IMG/VR virus record: IMGVR_UViG_3300038556_000010
Span: 1 to 34,283 of that record
Origin: a virus
Taxonomy: Duplodnaviria; Caudoviricetes
Reading direction: 5' to 3' (one strand)
DNA length: 34,283 nucleotides
Below the pieces are notes generated by a model, which saw only the letters and a program-made list of their open reading frames with translations, did not search any database and was not told where the DNA came from. Position 1 is the first letter of the stretch. Each line of letters opens with the position of its first letter. Shown piece after piece: positions 25,977-34,283 of the stretch. Made by a program: the position numbers and the translations under genes.

Positions 25977-27074
25977 ATGACGACGATTTCCTCCCTTCAC
26001 TTCCAGATCCCGGCCGGCGGTGTTCCCGATTGGGTTCACCTCACGCCGGCCGGGACTTTTTCCGGGGTGGACGGCCGCGGCCCCTTCACACTGAACGACG
26101 CGGCCGCCGTCATCGCGACATCCATGGCTGCCGGAAGGCTCGCCATCGACGAGAACCACGCCATCGACGTCGCCGGGCCGAAGGGTCAGCCCTCACCGGC
26201 GCGCGGCTGGATCGTCGAGATGCAGCTGCGCGACGACGGCATCTGGGGCCGGGTCGAATGGACCGCATCGGGGCGCGCCCTGATGGAAGACAAGGCCTAT
26301 CGCGGCATCTCGCCCGTCCTGGTCGCCGAGAAGGAGGGCGGGCGCGTCGTCAAGCTGCTGCGCGCGGCGCTGACCAACGATCCCAACCTCACCCTGACCA
26401 CCCTTCACTCAAGGACGCCCGACATGGATTTCATCGCCAAGCTGCGCAGCGCGCTCGGCCTCAAGGCCGACGCGGCCGAGGCGGACGTGCTGACCGCCGT
26501 CACCTCGCATGCCGCGACCGTGACGGCCTATGCGGCGCTGCTGACCGCTGCCGGATTGAAGGCCGACGCCGCCCCGGCCGATCTGCTCGCCCAGGTCACG
26601 GCGCATGCCGCCGACGCCGGCAAGCTCACCGCCATCTCGGCGCATTTCACCAAGGCCGGGCTCGATCTCGCCAAGATGACGCCGTCCGAGCTGGAGACCC
26701 ATCTCCAGGCGAAGGGCGCTGGCGACGAGGCCGAGCTGCGCCGCACCGTCGTCTCGCTGCAGTCGCAGCTCACGACGCTCCAGCAGGATGGCGCGAAGGA
26801 GAAGGCGATCGCCTTCGTCGACGGTGCGATCAAGGCCGGCAAGCAGATCAAGCCGCTGCGCGACCACTACATCGCCCGCCACCAGAAGGACGCCGCCGCC
26901 GTCGAGACCGAGATCAACGGCATGCTGTCGCTCAACGCCGGCGGCATCGTCCGCCCGGCCCAGCCCGAGGGCGGCGCGCTCGATGCCGACGAGCTGGCGA
27001 CCTGCGAGCTGATGGGCCTCGACCCCAAGAAGTTTGCCGAGAGCAAGGCCGCCCTGGAAAAGGTCGCGGGCTGA
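25977..27074 (+). CDS. Mu gpI head protease/scaffold (internal Z start probably at 26424)
   Basis: IDENH, PARGWI, VEWT, YRGISPV, ALTNDPNL; AAGGA plus ATG at 26424. Confidence 0.92.
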   Translation: MTTISSLHFQIPAGGVPDWVHLTPAGTFSGVDGRGPFTLNDAAAVIATSMAAGRLAIDENHAIDVAGPKGQPSPARGWIVEMQLRDDGIWGRVEWTASGRALMEDKAYRGISPVLVAEKEGGRVVKLLRAALTNDPNLTLTTLHSRTPDMDFIAKLRSALGLKADAAEADVLTAVTSHAATVTAYAALLTAAGLKADAAPADLLAQVTAHAADAGKLTAISAHFTKAGLDLAKMTPSELETHLQAKGAGDEAELRRTVVSLQSQLTTLQQDGAKEKAIAFVDGAIKAGKQIKPLRDHYIARHQKDAAAVETEINGMLSLNAGGIVRPAQPEGGALDADELATCELMGLDPKKFAESKAALEKVAG

Positions 27075-27114
27075 CCGCCCGCGCCGTCCCTGAACCGAAC
27101 CGGAGCCGCATGAC

Positions 27115-27528
27115 ATGACCGCCCTGACCGCCGACCGCGCCACGCCCGACCGCAAGGGCGAGGTGCTCGAACTCCCGGCCGCCGCCGCCCAGACGTTCTT
27201 CGCCGGTGCGCTGGGCGCGCTCGACGCGGCCGGCCGGGCGACGCCCGGCGCGGTAGCCGCCACGCTGAAGGGGCTCGGCCGTATCGAGGCCTTCGCCGAC
27301 AACTCGGCCGGCGCGGCTGGCGCGATCAAGGTCAGGATCCGGATGGGCTGCTTCCGCTGGGCGAACTCGGCCTCGGGCGACGCCATCACCACCGCCGATA
27401 TCGGCGCGGACGCCTACATCGTCGACGACCAGACGGTCGCCAAGACCAACGGGACCAACACCCGCTCGGTCGCCGGCAAGATCGTCGACGTGGACGCCCA
27501 GGGCGTCTGGGTTCGCTCCGGCTTCTGA
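27115..27528 (+). CDS. Capsid decoration/cement-like protein
   Basis: MTALTADR...YIVDDQTVAKT...GVWV; lies between I and T. Confidence 0.8.
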   Translation: MTALTADRATPDRKGEVLELPAAAAQTFFAGALGALDAAGRATPGAVAATLKGLGRIEAFADNSAGAAGAIKVRIRMGCFRWANSASGDAITTADIGADAYIVDDQTVAKTNGTNTRSVAGKIVDVDAQGVWVRSGF

Positions 27529-27561
27529 CGCCGCCTTCTCACACTCACGGAGCCTCAGCTC

Positions 27562-28458
27562 ATGATCGTCAACCAGGCCTCCCTCCGGACGCTGTTCATC
27601 GGCTTCAACACTGCCTTCAAGGCCGGGCTGATGACCTCGGCCGCGTCCCAGTTCGGGCGCGTCGCCACCGTCGTTCCCTCGACCACAAAGGAGAACGACT
27701 ATGGCTGGCTCGGCCGCTTCCCCAATGTCCGGGAATGGGTCGGCGACCGTGTCGTCAACTCGATCGCCCAGTCGGCCTACACCATCCGCAACAAGTCCTA
27801 CGAGCTCACCGTCGGCGTCGGCCGCGAGGACATCGAGGACGACAATCTCGGCATCTACTCGCCGATGTTCCAGGAGCTGGGCGCGGCCTCGGGCGCGCAT
27901 TACGACCAGCTCGTCTTCAACCAGCTGAAGGCCGGTTTCACGACCGCCTGCTACGACAAGCAGTTCTTCTTCGACACCGATCACCCGGTCCTCGACGCCA
28001 ATGGCAACGTCATCTCGGTCGCCAACACCGATGGCGGCGCCGGCGCGCCCTGGTTCCTGATCGACGACACCCGCACGCTGAAGCCGATCATCCTGCAGAA
28101 GCGCAAGGACTGGGAGCTGGTCCGCAAGGACGACGCGAAGGACGACAACGTCTTCGACCGGAAGGAGTTCGTCTACGGCGTCGATGCCCGCCACAATGTC
28201 GGGTTCGGCTTCTGGCAATTCGCCTGGGGCTCCAAGCAGACCCTCAACAAGGCCAATTACAAGATCGCCCGCGAGGCGATGATGGGCCAGAAGGGCGATT
28301 TCGACCGCCCGCTGGGTGTCCGCCCGCGCCTGCTGCTGGTCCCGCCCAGCCTCGAGGGCCAGGCGCTGGAGATCGTCAACTCCGAGCGCGACGCCGCCGG
28401 CGCGACCAACGTCTACAAGGGCACCGCCGAACTCGTCGTCTGTCCCTGGCTCGCCTGA
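27562..28458 (+). CDS. Mu gpT major capsid protein
   Basis: YGWLGRFP.VREWVGDR, CYDKQFFFDTDHP, YGVDAR.NVGFGFWQ. Confidence 0.96.
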   Translation: MIVNQASLRTLFIGFNTAFKAGLMTSAASQFGRVATVVPSTTKENDYGWLGRFPNVREWVGDRVVNSIAQSAYTIRNKSYELTVGVGREDIEDDNLGIYSPMFQELGAASGAHYDQLVFNQLKAGFTTACYDKQFFFDTDHPVLDANGNVISVANTDGGAGAPWFLIDDTRTLKPIILQKRKDWELVRKDDAKDDNVFDRKEFVYGVDARHNVGFGFWQFAWGSKQTLNKANYKIAREAMMGQKGDFDRPLGVRPRLLLVPPSLEGQALEIVNSERDAAGATNVYKGTAELVVCPWLA

Positions 28459-28485
28459 GCCGTCGCCCGCGCGACGTCTTGTCAG

Positions 28486-28512
28486 GACCGCCGGCGCACG
28501 CCGCCGGCGGTC
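28486..28512. terminator. Strong hairpin after the capsid gene
   Basis: GACCGCCGGCG-CACGC-CGCCGGCGGTC, 11-bp stem; no U-tract, so it may stabilise the mRNA instead. Confidence 0.45.
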
Positions 28513-28544
28513 TCGGAGAGGACGCCACCGAACCGGAGACCACC

Positions 28545-28766
28545 ATGTCCGAGACTGCAGCCGAGACCAAGCCGGCCCCCGGCATCCGCATCATCAACCG
28601 CGCGCATGTGGGCTTCCGGCGCGGCGGCCACTCCCATCCTGCCGACGCGACCTATCCGGCCGATCACTTCACGGCCGAACAGCTCGCGCAGATCGAGGCG
28701 GAGCCGCTGCTCTCCGTCATCGTCGAGGACGGTGCCCAGGTGCCGAAGGGCTCGCGCAAGAAATAA
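28545..28766 (+). CDS. Mu gp35 / HI1506-like protein
   Basis: GFRRGG...FTAEQLAQIEAEPLLSV; GGAG RBS. Confidence 0.8.
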   Translation: MSETAAETKPAPGIRIINRAHVGFRRGGHSHPADATYPADHFTAEQLAQIEAEPLLSVIVEDGAQVPKGSRKK

Positions 28767-28869
28767 CCCAGAGGGCGGTCTGGCACGGCTCGCGAGGCCT
28801 CCAGCACCCTATGGGGACGGCTCGACCGTAGGAACCCAGTTCGCCGCCCGCACGCTTTCGAGAGACGAC

Positions 28870-29106
28870 ATGACCGCTCATGCCGGCCTGCCAGTCGAGG
28901 GATACCGCCCACAAGGCGACGGCGCGGTCGCGCTCGTCAACGCCAACAAGCGCGCCGAGGAGCAGGTGCTTCGCCTGCTCGACGCGCTGGGCGAGCAGCC
29001 CGAAGTCGACAAGCGCTGGCTCGCGATCGGCCGGAGCCAGATCGAACAAGGCTTCATGGCTGTCAATCGCGCCATCTTCAAACCCGCCCGCGTCGAGATC
29101 GACTGA
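28870..29106 (+). CDS. acb2: Acb2-like anti-CBASS cyclic-nucleotide sponge (78 aa)
   Basis: GYR...N..K, RWLAIGRSQIEQGFMAVNRAIFKP aligns by eye with Acb2 (GYR...NRVK, [24 protein letters not shown]). Confidence 0.8.
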   Translation: MTAHAGLPVEGYRPQGDGAVALVNANKRAEEQVLRLLDALGEQPEVDKRWLAIGRSQIEQGFMAVNRAIFKPARVEID

Positions 29107-29110
29107 CCCC

Positions 29111-29536
29111 ATGCCCTACGCCACCGCCCAGGACATGATCGGACGCTTCGGCGAGACGGAGATGCTTCGGCTCTCCTCCGTCGACGGCGTGCTGCCCGAG
29201 ACGGTGAACCTCGCACCCGTCGCGCAGGCGATCGCCGACGCCGACGCGATCATCGACTCCTTCCTGCGCAAGCGCCACTCGGTGCCGCTCAGCCCCGTTC
29301 CCCAGGTCATCACCCGCGCCTCATGCGTGCTCGCCCGCTACGAGCTGTCGATCGGCGGCGACCGCGAACCCGCGACGCAGGTCAAAGATGACCGCAAGGA
29401 GACGATGGACTGGCTGAAGAAAATCGCCGACGGCACCGTCACGCTGGAGGGCACCACGCCGATCGTCGCCAGCTCGACTGCGCAGACGCAGGATCGCGAG
29501 CGTATGTTCGGCCGGCATGGGGAGCGTGGGCTCTGA
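29111..29536 (+). CDS. Mu gp36-like (DUF1320) head-tail adaptor
   Basis: MPYATAQDM..RFG, AIADADAIIDSFL, WLKKIADG. Confidence 0.9.
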   Translation: MPYATAQDMIGRFGETEMLRLSSVDGVLPETVNLAPVAQAIADADAIIDSFLRKRHSVPLSPVPQVITRASCVLARYELSIGGDREPATQVKDDRKETMDWLKKIADGTVTLEGTTPIVASSTAQTQDRERMFGRHGERGL

Positions 29537-30105
29537 TGGCCGATCTCGATCCCTTCTCGGCCACTGTAACCGCCATCGAGCAGCGCCTGCGCCTCGGCTT
29601 TGCGGCCAATCGCTGGCAGTTCGCCATCGTGCCGGACCCGCTCTCGCTCGACGAGTTCAAGTCGCTGGTCCGCAGCACGCCCTTCCTCGCGCTCGGCTGG
29701 CGTCAGCTCAATCCCGAAAAGGATGTCGGCCGGCGTTTCAGCGGGCCGATGGGCCTGCGCCTGACGATCGTCGTCAAGAACCCGATCGCGAAGGCCCGCT
29801 TCCTCGGTGATGCGCGTGGGCCGGGTCTGTTTCCGTCGATCGCCGGCGCACTGGCGCTGCTCAACGGCTTCACCATTCCGGGCGTCGGGACGCTCTTCGC
29901 GTCGGCCTGCGCCCAGGCCTATGCCGAGGGCTACGCCGATGCCGACTGCGCCATCGCGACGATCGACCTGACGATGCAGGTGGCGCTCGGCGACGTGCTC
30001 GGCAGCATCGCGGCGTCGGACGACTTCCTCTCGATGCTGTCCGATTTCGAGCCGAGGCCGGACGGCCAGGCCCCCGACGAACCCTACGATGTGAGGCCAT
30101 CATGA
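29536..30105 (+). CDS. Mu gp37-like neck/tail completion protein
   Basis: Position between gp36 and gp38; ARFLGD...PGL motif. Confidence 0.65.
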   Translation: MADLDPFSATVTAIEQRLRLGFAANRWQFAIVPDPLSLDEFKSLVRSTPFLALGWRQLNPEKDVGRRFSGPMGLRLTIVVKNPIAKARFLGDARGPGLFPSIAGALALLNGFTIPGVGTLFASACAQAYAEGYADADCAIATIDLTMQVALGDVLGSIAASDDFLSMLSDFEPRPDGQAPDEPYDVRPS

Positions 30106-30302
30106 GCGCAGAGACCCGCAATTTCCTGAAGGTCGCCGAGGGCCGCACCGTGCGCCGCGAGGCCGATGGCCAGCCCTGGGACGCCGCCGGCGAGTTCGCC
30201 GAGGACAGCCGCTTCATCCGCCGCCGGCTTGCCGATGGCGACCTGATCGTAGCGAGCCCGCCCAAGCCCGAGAAGCCGGCCAAGCCCGCCGGCGAGAACT
30301 GA
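30102..30302 (+). CDS. DUF2635 / Mu gp38-like protein
   Basis: GRTVR...RRRLADGDL. Confidence 0.8.
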   Translation: MSAETRNFLKVAEGRTVRREADGQPWDAAGEFAEDSRFIRRRLADGDLIVASPPKPEKPAKPAGEN

Positions 30303-30314
30303 GGATAGCGCCCG

Positions 30315-31775
30315 ATGATCAACTTCAGCGAGATCCCGTATGACTGGCGCGTGCCGGGCACCTATGTCGAGGTCCGGCCGAGCTACACCAGGCGCGGGCT
30401 GATCCCGTTCCCGGCGGTCGCGATCCTGTTCGTGCAGATGCTCGCCACCGGCTCGGCCATCGCCGGCCAGAAATACGAGGTCACCCGGCCCGAGGACGGC
30501 ACCGCCCTGTTCGGCGCGGGCTCGATCGGCCAGCAGATGGTGCGGTCCTTCAAGAAGGCCAACAAGACCAGCCGCGTCTTCGCCATCGCGCTTGCGGACG
30601 CCGTCGCCGGCGTCAAAGCGACGAAGACGCTGACGATCACGGGCTCCGGCGCGGGCACGATCGCGCTCTACATCCAGAACCGGCGCGTGCGCTACAAGGC
30701 GACCTCGACGATGACGGTGACGCAGCACGCCACGGCTGCGGTTGCGGCGATCAACGCCGACGCGGACATGCCGGTGGTGGCGACCTCGGCCGTCGGCGTC
30801 GTCACCCTGACCGCCAAGCATGCCGGCGAGGTCGGCAACCATATCGACGTCCGCATCCGCAAGACGGCCGAGGACGTTCTGCCGGGCACGCTGGCGATCG
30901 CGGTGGCCGACGGCGTCGCCGGGACCGGCAATCCGGACGTCCAGGACATCCTCGACGTCATCGCCAACGACTGGTTCACCGACATCGCCATGCCCTGGGA
31001 CGACGCCGCCAATCTGGAGGCGCTCGCGGCCGAACTCGCCGCCCGCTACGTCGCGATGGGCAAGAAGGACGGGCACGCCTATGTCGGCCTGCGCGGCACC
31101 TATGGCCAGCTCGGCACCAAGGGCGGCCTGACCAACTCCCCGCACATCACCCTGTTCGGTGGCAAGCGGCCTTACGACGCGCCCTGGGAGTGGGCGGCGC
31201 AGCTCTGCGGGCTTGCGACCTTCCACACCACGAACGACCCGGCGCGCCAGCTCCGCTCGCTGGTCCTGCCCGGCCTGACCGCGCCCGACGAGGTCGATTG
31301 CTTCACCGAGACCGAACGCGACCTGCTGCTGCGCCAGGGCGTCTCGACCTTCACCCGCCTGGTCGACGGCTCGGTCGTGATCGAGCGCATCATCACGACC
31401 TACAAGGTCACGACCCTCAACGTCGCCGACGACGCGTGGCTCGACATCATGATCCCCAAGACCATGACGCGGATCCGCTACGACTGGTCGGCCTATGTCA
31501 CGCAGCTCTATCCGCGCCACAAGCTCGCCGACGACGACAGCGTCGCAGCCAACAACAACGACGTGGTGGTGACGCCGCGCCGGATGCAGGGCTCCTGGGC
31601 GACGCGCTGCAAGATCTACGAGCGCCAGGCCTGGATCGAGAAGGCGAGCGAGACGGTCGGCCGCAGCGTCTTCGAGCGCGACGAGAGCAACCGTAACCGC
31701 CTCAACTCGCAGCAGCCCGTCATCATCATCGGCAACCTGATGAACCTGATGGCGGTGCTGGAATTCGAGGTCTGA
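30315..31775 (+). CDS. Tail sheath protein (Mu gpL)
   Basis: FSEIP...RVPGTYVE, LFGAGS, DPARQL, VIERIITTY. Confidence 0.95.
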   Translation: MINFSEIPYDWRVPGTYVEVRPSYTRRGLIPFPAVAILFVQMLATGSAIAGQKYEVTRPEDGTALFGAGSIGQQMVRSFKKANKTSRVFAIALADAVAGVKATKTLTITGSGAGTIALYIQNRRVRYKATSTMTVTQHATAAVAAINADADMPVVATSAVGVVTLTAKHAGEVGNHIDVRIRKTAEDVLPGTLAIAVADGVAGTGNPDVQDILDVIANDWFTDIAMPWDDAANLEALAAELAARYVAMGKKDGHAYVGLRGTYGQLGTKGGLTNSPHITLFGGKRPYDAPWEWAAQLCGLATFHTTNDPARQLRSLVLPGLTAPDEVDCFTETERDLLLRQGVSTFTRLVDGSVVIERIITTYKVTTLNVADDAWLDIMIPKTMTRIRYDWSAYVTQLYPRHKLADDDSVAANNNDVVVTPRRMQGSWATRCKIYERQAWIEKASETVGRSVFERDESNRNRLNSQQPVIIIGNLMNLMAVLEFEV

Positions 31776-31843
31776 CCGGCGACGGCCGGACCTCCCGCCA
31801 ACGTTTGAACCGGCGCTTAGAGCGCCTTTGAAAGGAGCCCGTC

Positions 31844-32206
31844 ATGGGGCAGGTGCTCGGCATCGTCGACATCGTCTGGAAGGGCCGGAACATCCCGGTC
31901 GAGAAGGGCGCCAAGTGCAAGCTCGGCGGCATCGCCAACAAGGGCGTGGTCTATGGCCGCAAGGTCGGCCGCGCCCAGGAGTACATGGCATCCGAGATCG
32001 AGGCAGTGACCGCCGTCGAGCGCGGCCAGCGCGTCAGCGAGCTCTACACCGCCGAGGAAGGCGAGCTGCAGGTGATCTGCGACACCGGCCAGACCTTCGT
32101 CTTCCCGGACGCTTTCCTGACCGACCTGCGCGAATTCACCGGCAACGAAGGCGGCAAGCTGCCGCTGAAATGGACCGCCGGCGACTATGAGGAGATCGTG
32201 GGCTGA
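31844..32206 (+). CDS. Tail tube protein
   Basis: AAGGAG RBS; follows the sheath gene; 120 aa. Confidence 0.85.
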   Translation: MGQVLGIVDIVWKGRNIPVEKGAKCKLGGIANKGVVYGRKVGRAQEYMASEIEAVTAVERGQRVSELYTAEEGELQVICDTGQTFVFPDAFLTDLREFTGNEGGKLPLKWTAGDYEEIVG

Positions 32207-32667
32207 TGGCTAAGAACGTGATGATCGACGAAGGCGGCGATGACGCAGTCGACGAGACCGTGATCGACGAGACGAAGGTCGGCGCGTCGGCCAAGCCTCG
32301 AGCTGGCGCCCCCGCCGACGTCGTCGATGAGGACGAGGTGGACGATCAGCCCAAGAAGGCAAAGCTCCCGCCGCGCGCCATCGTCAACGAGGACGGTACG
32401 ATCTCGCTGCCTCTGAGCGAGCCGGTGAGCTATGGCATCAAGACCGCATCGGGCATCCGCCGCGAGACGCTCGATGAACTGGTCTTCCATCCGCTCTACG
32501 GGGCCGATCTGCGGATCATGGCGCAGGCGTCGGACGAGATGAAGGGCCCGGTCGCGCTCGCCCGCGCCACGCGGATCGCAACGAACCGGATGGTCGTGAT
32601 CTTCGACAAGATGCGGGAGCGGGACGTCAAGGCCGCCACCGATATCATCAACTTTCTTGCAGAGTGA
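32206..32667 (+). CDS. Tail assembly chaperone (gp41-like)
   Basis: Between tube and tape measure; LPLSEPV...GADLR...FDKM..RD. Confidence 0.82.
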   Translation: MAKNVMIDEGGDDAVDETVIDETKVGASAKPRAGAPADVVDEDEVDDQPKKAKLPPRAIVNEDGTISLPLSEPVSYGIKTASGIRRETLDELVFHPLYGADLRIMAQASDEMKGPVALARATRIATNRMVVIFDKMRERDVKAATDIINFLAE

Positions 32668-32818
32668 GTGGCCGCACGACTGGCCGCTGATCGTCGGAGT
32701 CGTCGCGCGCTACTACGGCGGCGGCTTCGACAAGGCCGAAGCGCTCACGCTGGCCGAACTGCGCTGGTGGCACAACATCGCCTGCGACATTGAAGAGCGC
32801 GCCAAAGCGGAGCGATAG
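32657..32818 (+). CDS. Chaperone extension (gpT/E'-like), frameshift product or small separate gene
   Basis: WPHDWPLIVGVVARYYGGG...LTLAELRWW; +1 frame open 32600-32818. Confidence 0.65.
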   Translation: MQSEWPHDWPLIVGVVARYYGGGFDKAEALTLAELRWWHNIACDIEERAKAER

Positions 32819-34283
32819 ATGGCCAACCGCGACATGAAGGTGAGCGTCCTCGTCCAGCTCGTGGACCGCCTCACCGCACCCCTGCGGGGCCTGACGCGGG
32901 GCATCGCCTCGGTGGCCAACTCGATCGGCGATCTCGGCCGGCGCATCGGCATCGTCGGCGCTGCGTTCGCGGCGCTGTCCTTCACCGCCCCCTTGCAGCA
33001 GGCGGCCGCCTGGGACGCGCAGCTGCGCGACATCGCGATCACCGCCGGCAAGACCGGTGGAGCCGTTGAGCAGATGATCTCGGAATCGGGCAGACGCTAC
33101 GAAAAGCTCGCGCTCGAAGTCGGCCAGCGCTCGGCCGACCTCGCCAAGGGCGCGCAGACGCTGATCGCGTCCGGCATGGACGCCGGGCTGATCGACAGGC
33201 TGATGCCGACGATCGGCCGCGTGGCGACGGCCGCGAACGCCACGATCGAGGACACGGCCAAGACCGCATTTGCCCTCTCGGACACCCTGAAGGTTGCGCC
33301 CGAGCAGATGGAGGCGGCGCTCGCCAAGCTCGTCACGGCGGGCAAGCTCGGCCGCTTCGAATTCAAGAACATGGCGCAGGAATTTCCGGGCCTCACGGCC
33401 CAGATGGCGAAGTTCGGCATCACCGGGATGGAGGCGGTCGAATCGCTCGGCGCGGGCCTGCAGATCGCGATGCTGGGCACCGCCAACCCCTCGGAGGCGG
33501 CGACGAACTTCACCAACTTCCTGACCAAGATCAACGCCCCCGAGGCGATCAAGAAGTTCGAGAAGGAGCTGAAGGTCGATGTCACCGGCGTGATGACGGA
33601 CGCGGCCGCCAAGGGCATCAACCCGATCGAGGCCGTGCTGGAGAAGATGACCAGCAAGCTTGCTCCGCAGCAGGCCGAGATCGACAAGATCATGAAGAAG
33701 GCCGGCATCACCGACAAGGAGCGCGAGAAGCAGATCCGCACGCTGCTCGCCGGCACCAAGGTCGGGAAGCTCTATGCCGACATGCAGGTGCTCGGCTTCG
33801 TGCTGCCGTTCATGCAGAACCGGGAGCGATACAAGCAGTTCCGCCAGGAGATCGCGGCTTCGGGCATCGACGTCATCGCCCAGGACTTCGAGAGCCGGAT
33901 GCGGGGCCTCTCCCAGAGCCTGATGGTGTTCGGCGAGCTCGGTACCCAGGCGATGCGCCGGATCGGGCTGGCCTTCGCCTCGAACCTGCCGGCCGCGAAC
34001 CGGGCGCTGGGCAGCCTCCTCCGGGCCGTTTCCGCGATCGACGCCAAATGGCCGGGCCTGATCGACGCCAGCTTGTCATGGGCCGGTGCGGTTCTGTTGC
34101 TGGGAGCCGGGCTTGCGATCCTGACGCCCGTGGTCTCGGCGCTGGCGGCGGCGCTCGCCGTCCTGCTCTCGCCGATCAGCCTGATCCTGATCGGGCTGGC
34201 TGCGCTCGCGGCCGGCGCGGCGTATGTCTACCAGAACTGGGCGTCGATCGGCCCGCAACTCGGCGCGGCATGGACCGATATCG
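32819..34283 (+). CDS. Tail tape measure protein (partial, runs off the window)
   Basis: MANRDMKVSVLVQLVDRLTAPLR...AGKLGRFEFKNMAQEFP...; no stop seen, which explains its absence from the ORF track. Confidence 0.92.
   Translation, partial: MANRDMKVSVLVQLVDRLTAPLRGLTRGIASVANSIGDLGRRIGIVGAAFAALSFTAPLQQAAAWDAQLRDIAITAGKTGGAVEQMISESGRRYEKLALEVGQRSADLAKGAQTLIASGMDAGLIDRLMPTIGRVATAANATIEDTAKTAFALSDTLKVAPEQMEAALAKLVTAGKLGRFEFKNMAQEFPGLTAQMAKFGITGMEAVESLGAGLQIAMLGTANPSEAATNFTNFLTKINAPEAIKKFEKELKVDVTGVMTDAAAKGINPIEAVLEKMTSKLAPQQAEIDKIMKKAGITDKEREKQIRTLLAGTKVGKLYADMQVLGFVLPFMQNRERYKQFRQEIAASGIDVIAQDFESRMRGLSQSLMVFGELGTQAMRRIGLAFASNLPAANRALGSLLRAVSAIDAKWPGLIDASLSWAGAVLLLGAGLAILTPVVSALAAALAVLLSPISLILIGLAALAAGAAYVYQNWASIGPQLGAAWTDI

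Larger units (their letters stand above)
1584..34283 (+). mobile_element. Mu-like transposable prophage (contractile tail), left end present, right end beyond the window
   Basis: TG terminus with repeated sites; c-ner-A-B-gemA-mor-lysis-terminase-portal-F-G-I-T-tail order as in phage Mu. Confidence 0.95.

Noticed and set aside
28773-28849. Known ribozyme, riboswitch or tRNA
   Set aside because: No hammerhead CUGANGA/GAAA core, no recognisable aptamer consensus, and arm order does not fit tRNA; only a vague resemblance to c4-type antisense RNAs.
1-34283. CRISPR array, diversity-generating retroelement, integrase/att site, invertase or mom
   Set aside because: No regularly spaced repeats, reverse transcriptase or recombinase seen; tail-fibre and mom modules would lie beyond the window.

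Overview
GC-rich DNA, probably from an alphaproteobacterium of the Hyphomicrobiales (REP-like palindromes, a GTTC-N7-GTTC LexA box, CtrA- and LexA-like domains). The first ~1.6 kb is host flank: REP-like repeats and an AlbA_2/Schlafen-like gene. From 1584 to the window end is the left ~33 kb of an apparently intact Mu-like transposable myovirus prophage. Gene order: TG left end with three repeated binding sites; left-end accessory genes under a LexA box; S24 repressor and ner; ParB; MuA and MuB; an accessory region with DnaA-IV, CtrA-like and LexA-like DNA-binding domains, ASCH and a methyltransferase; gemA and mor; lysis; terminase, portal, F, G, I, T; neck, sheath, tube, chaperone; and a tape measure gene cut by the window edge. 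Most notable: (1) MuF carries a C-terminal putative nuclease domain and is faced by a convergent, promoter-driven, ~73-nt tRNA-like RNA, a candidate RNA-antitoxin system; (2) an Acb2-like anti-CBASS sponge sits among the head genes behind a structured leader; (3) two matching late-promoter elements and an RBS-sequestering hairpin at the endolysin. All family calls come from motif recognition by eye, not database searches.
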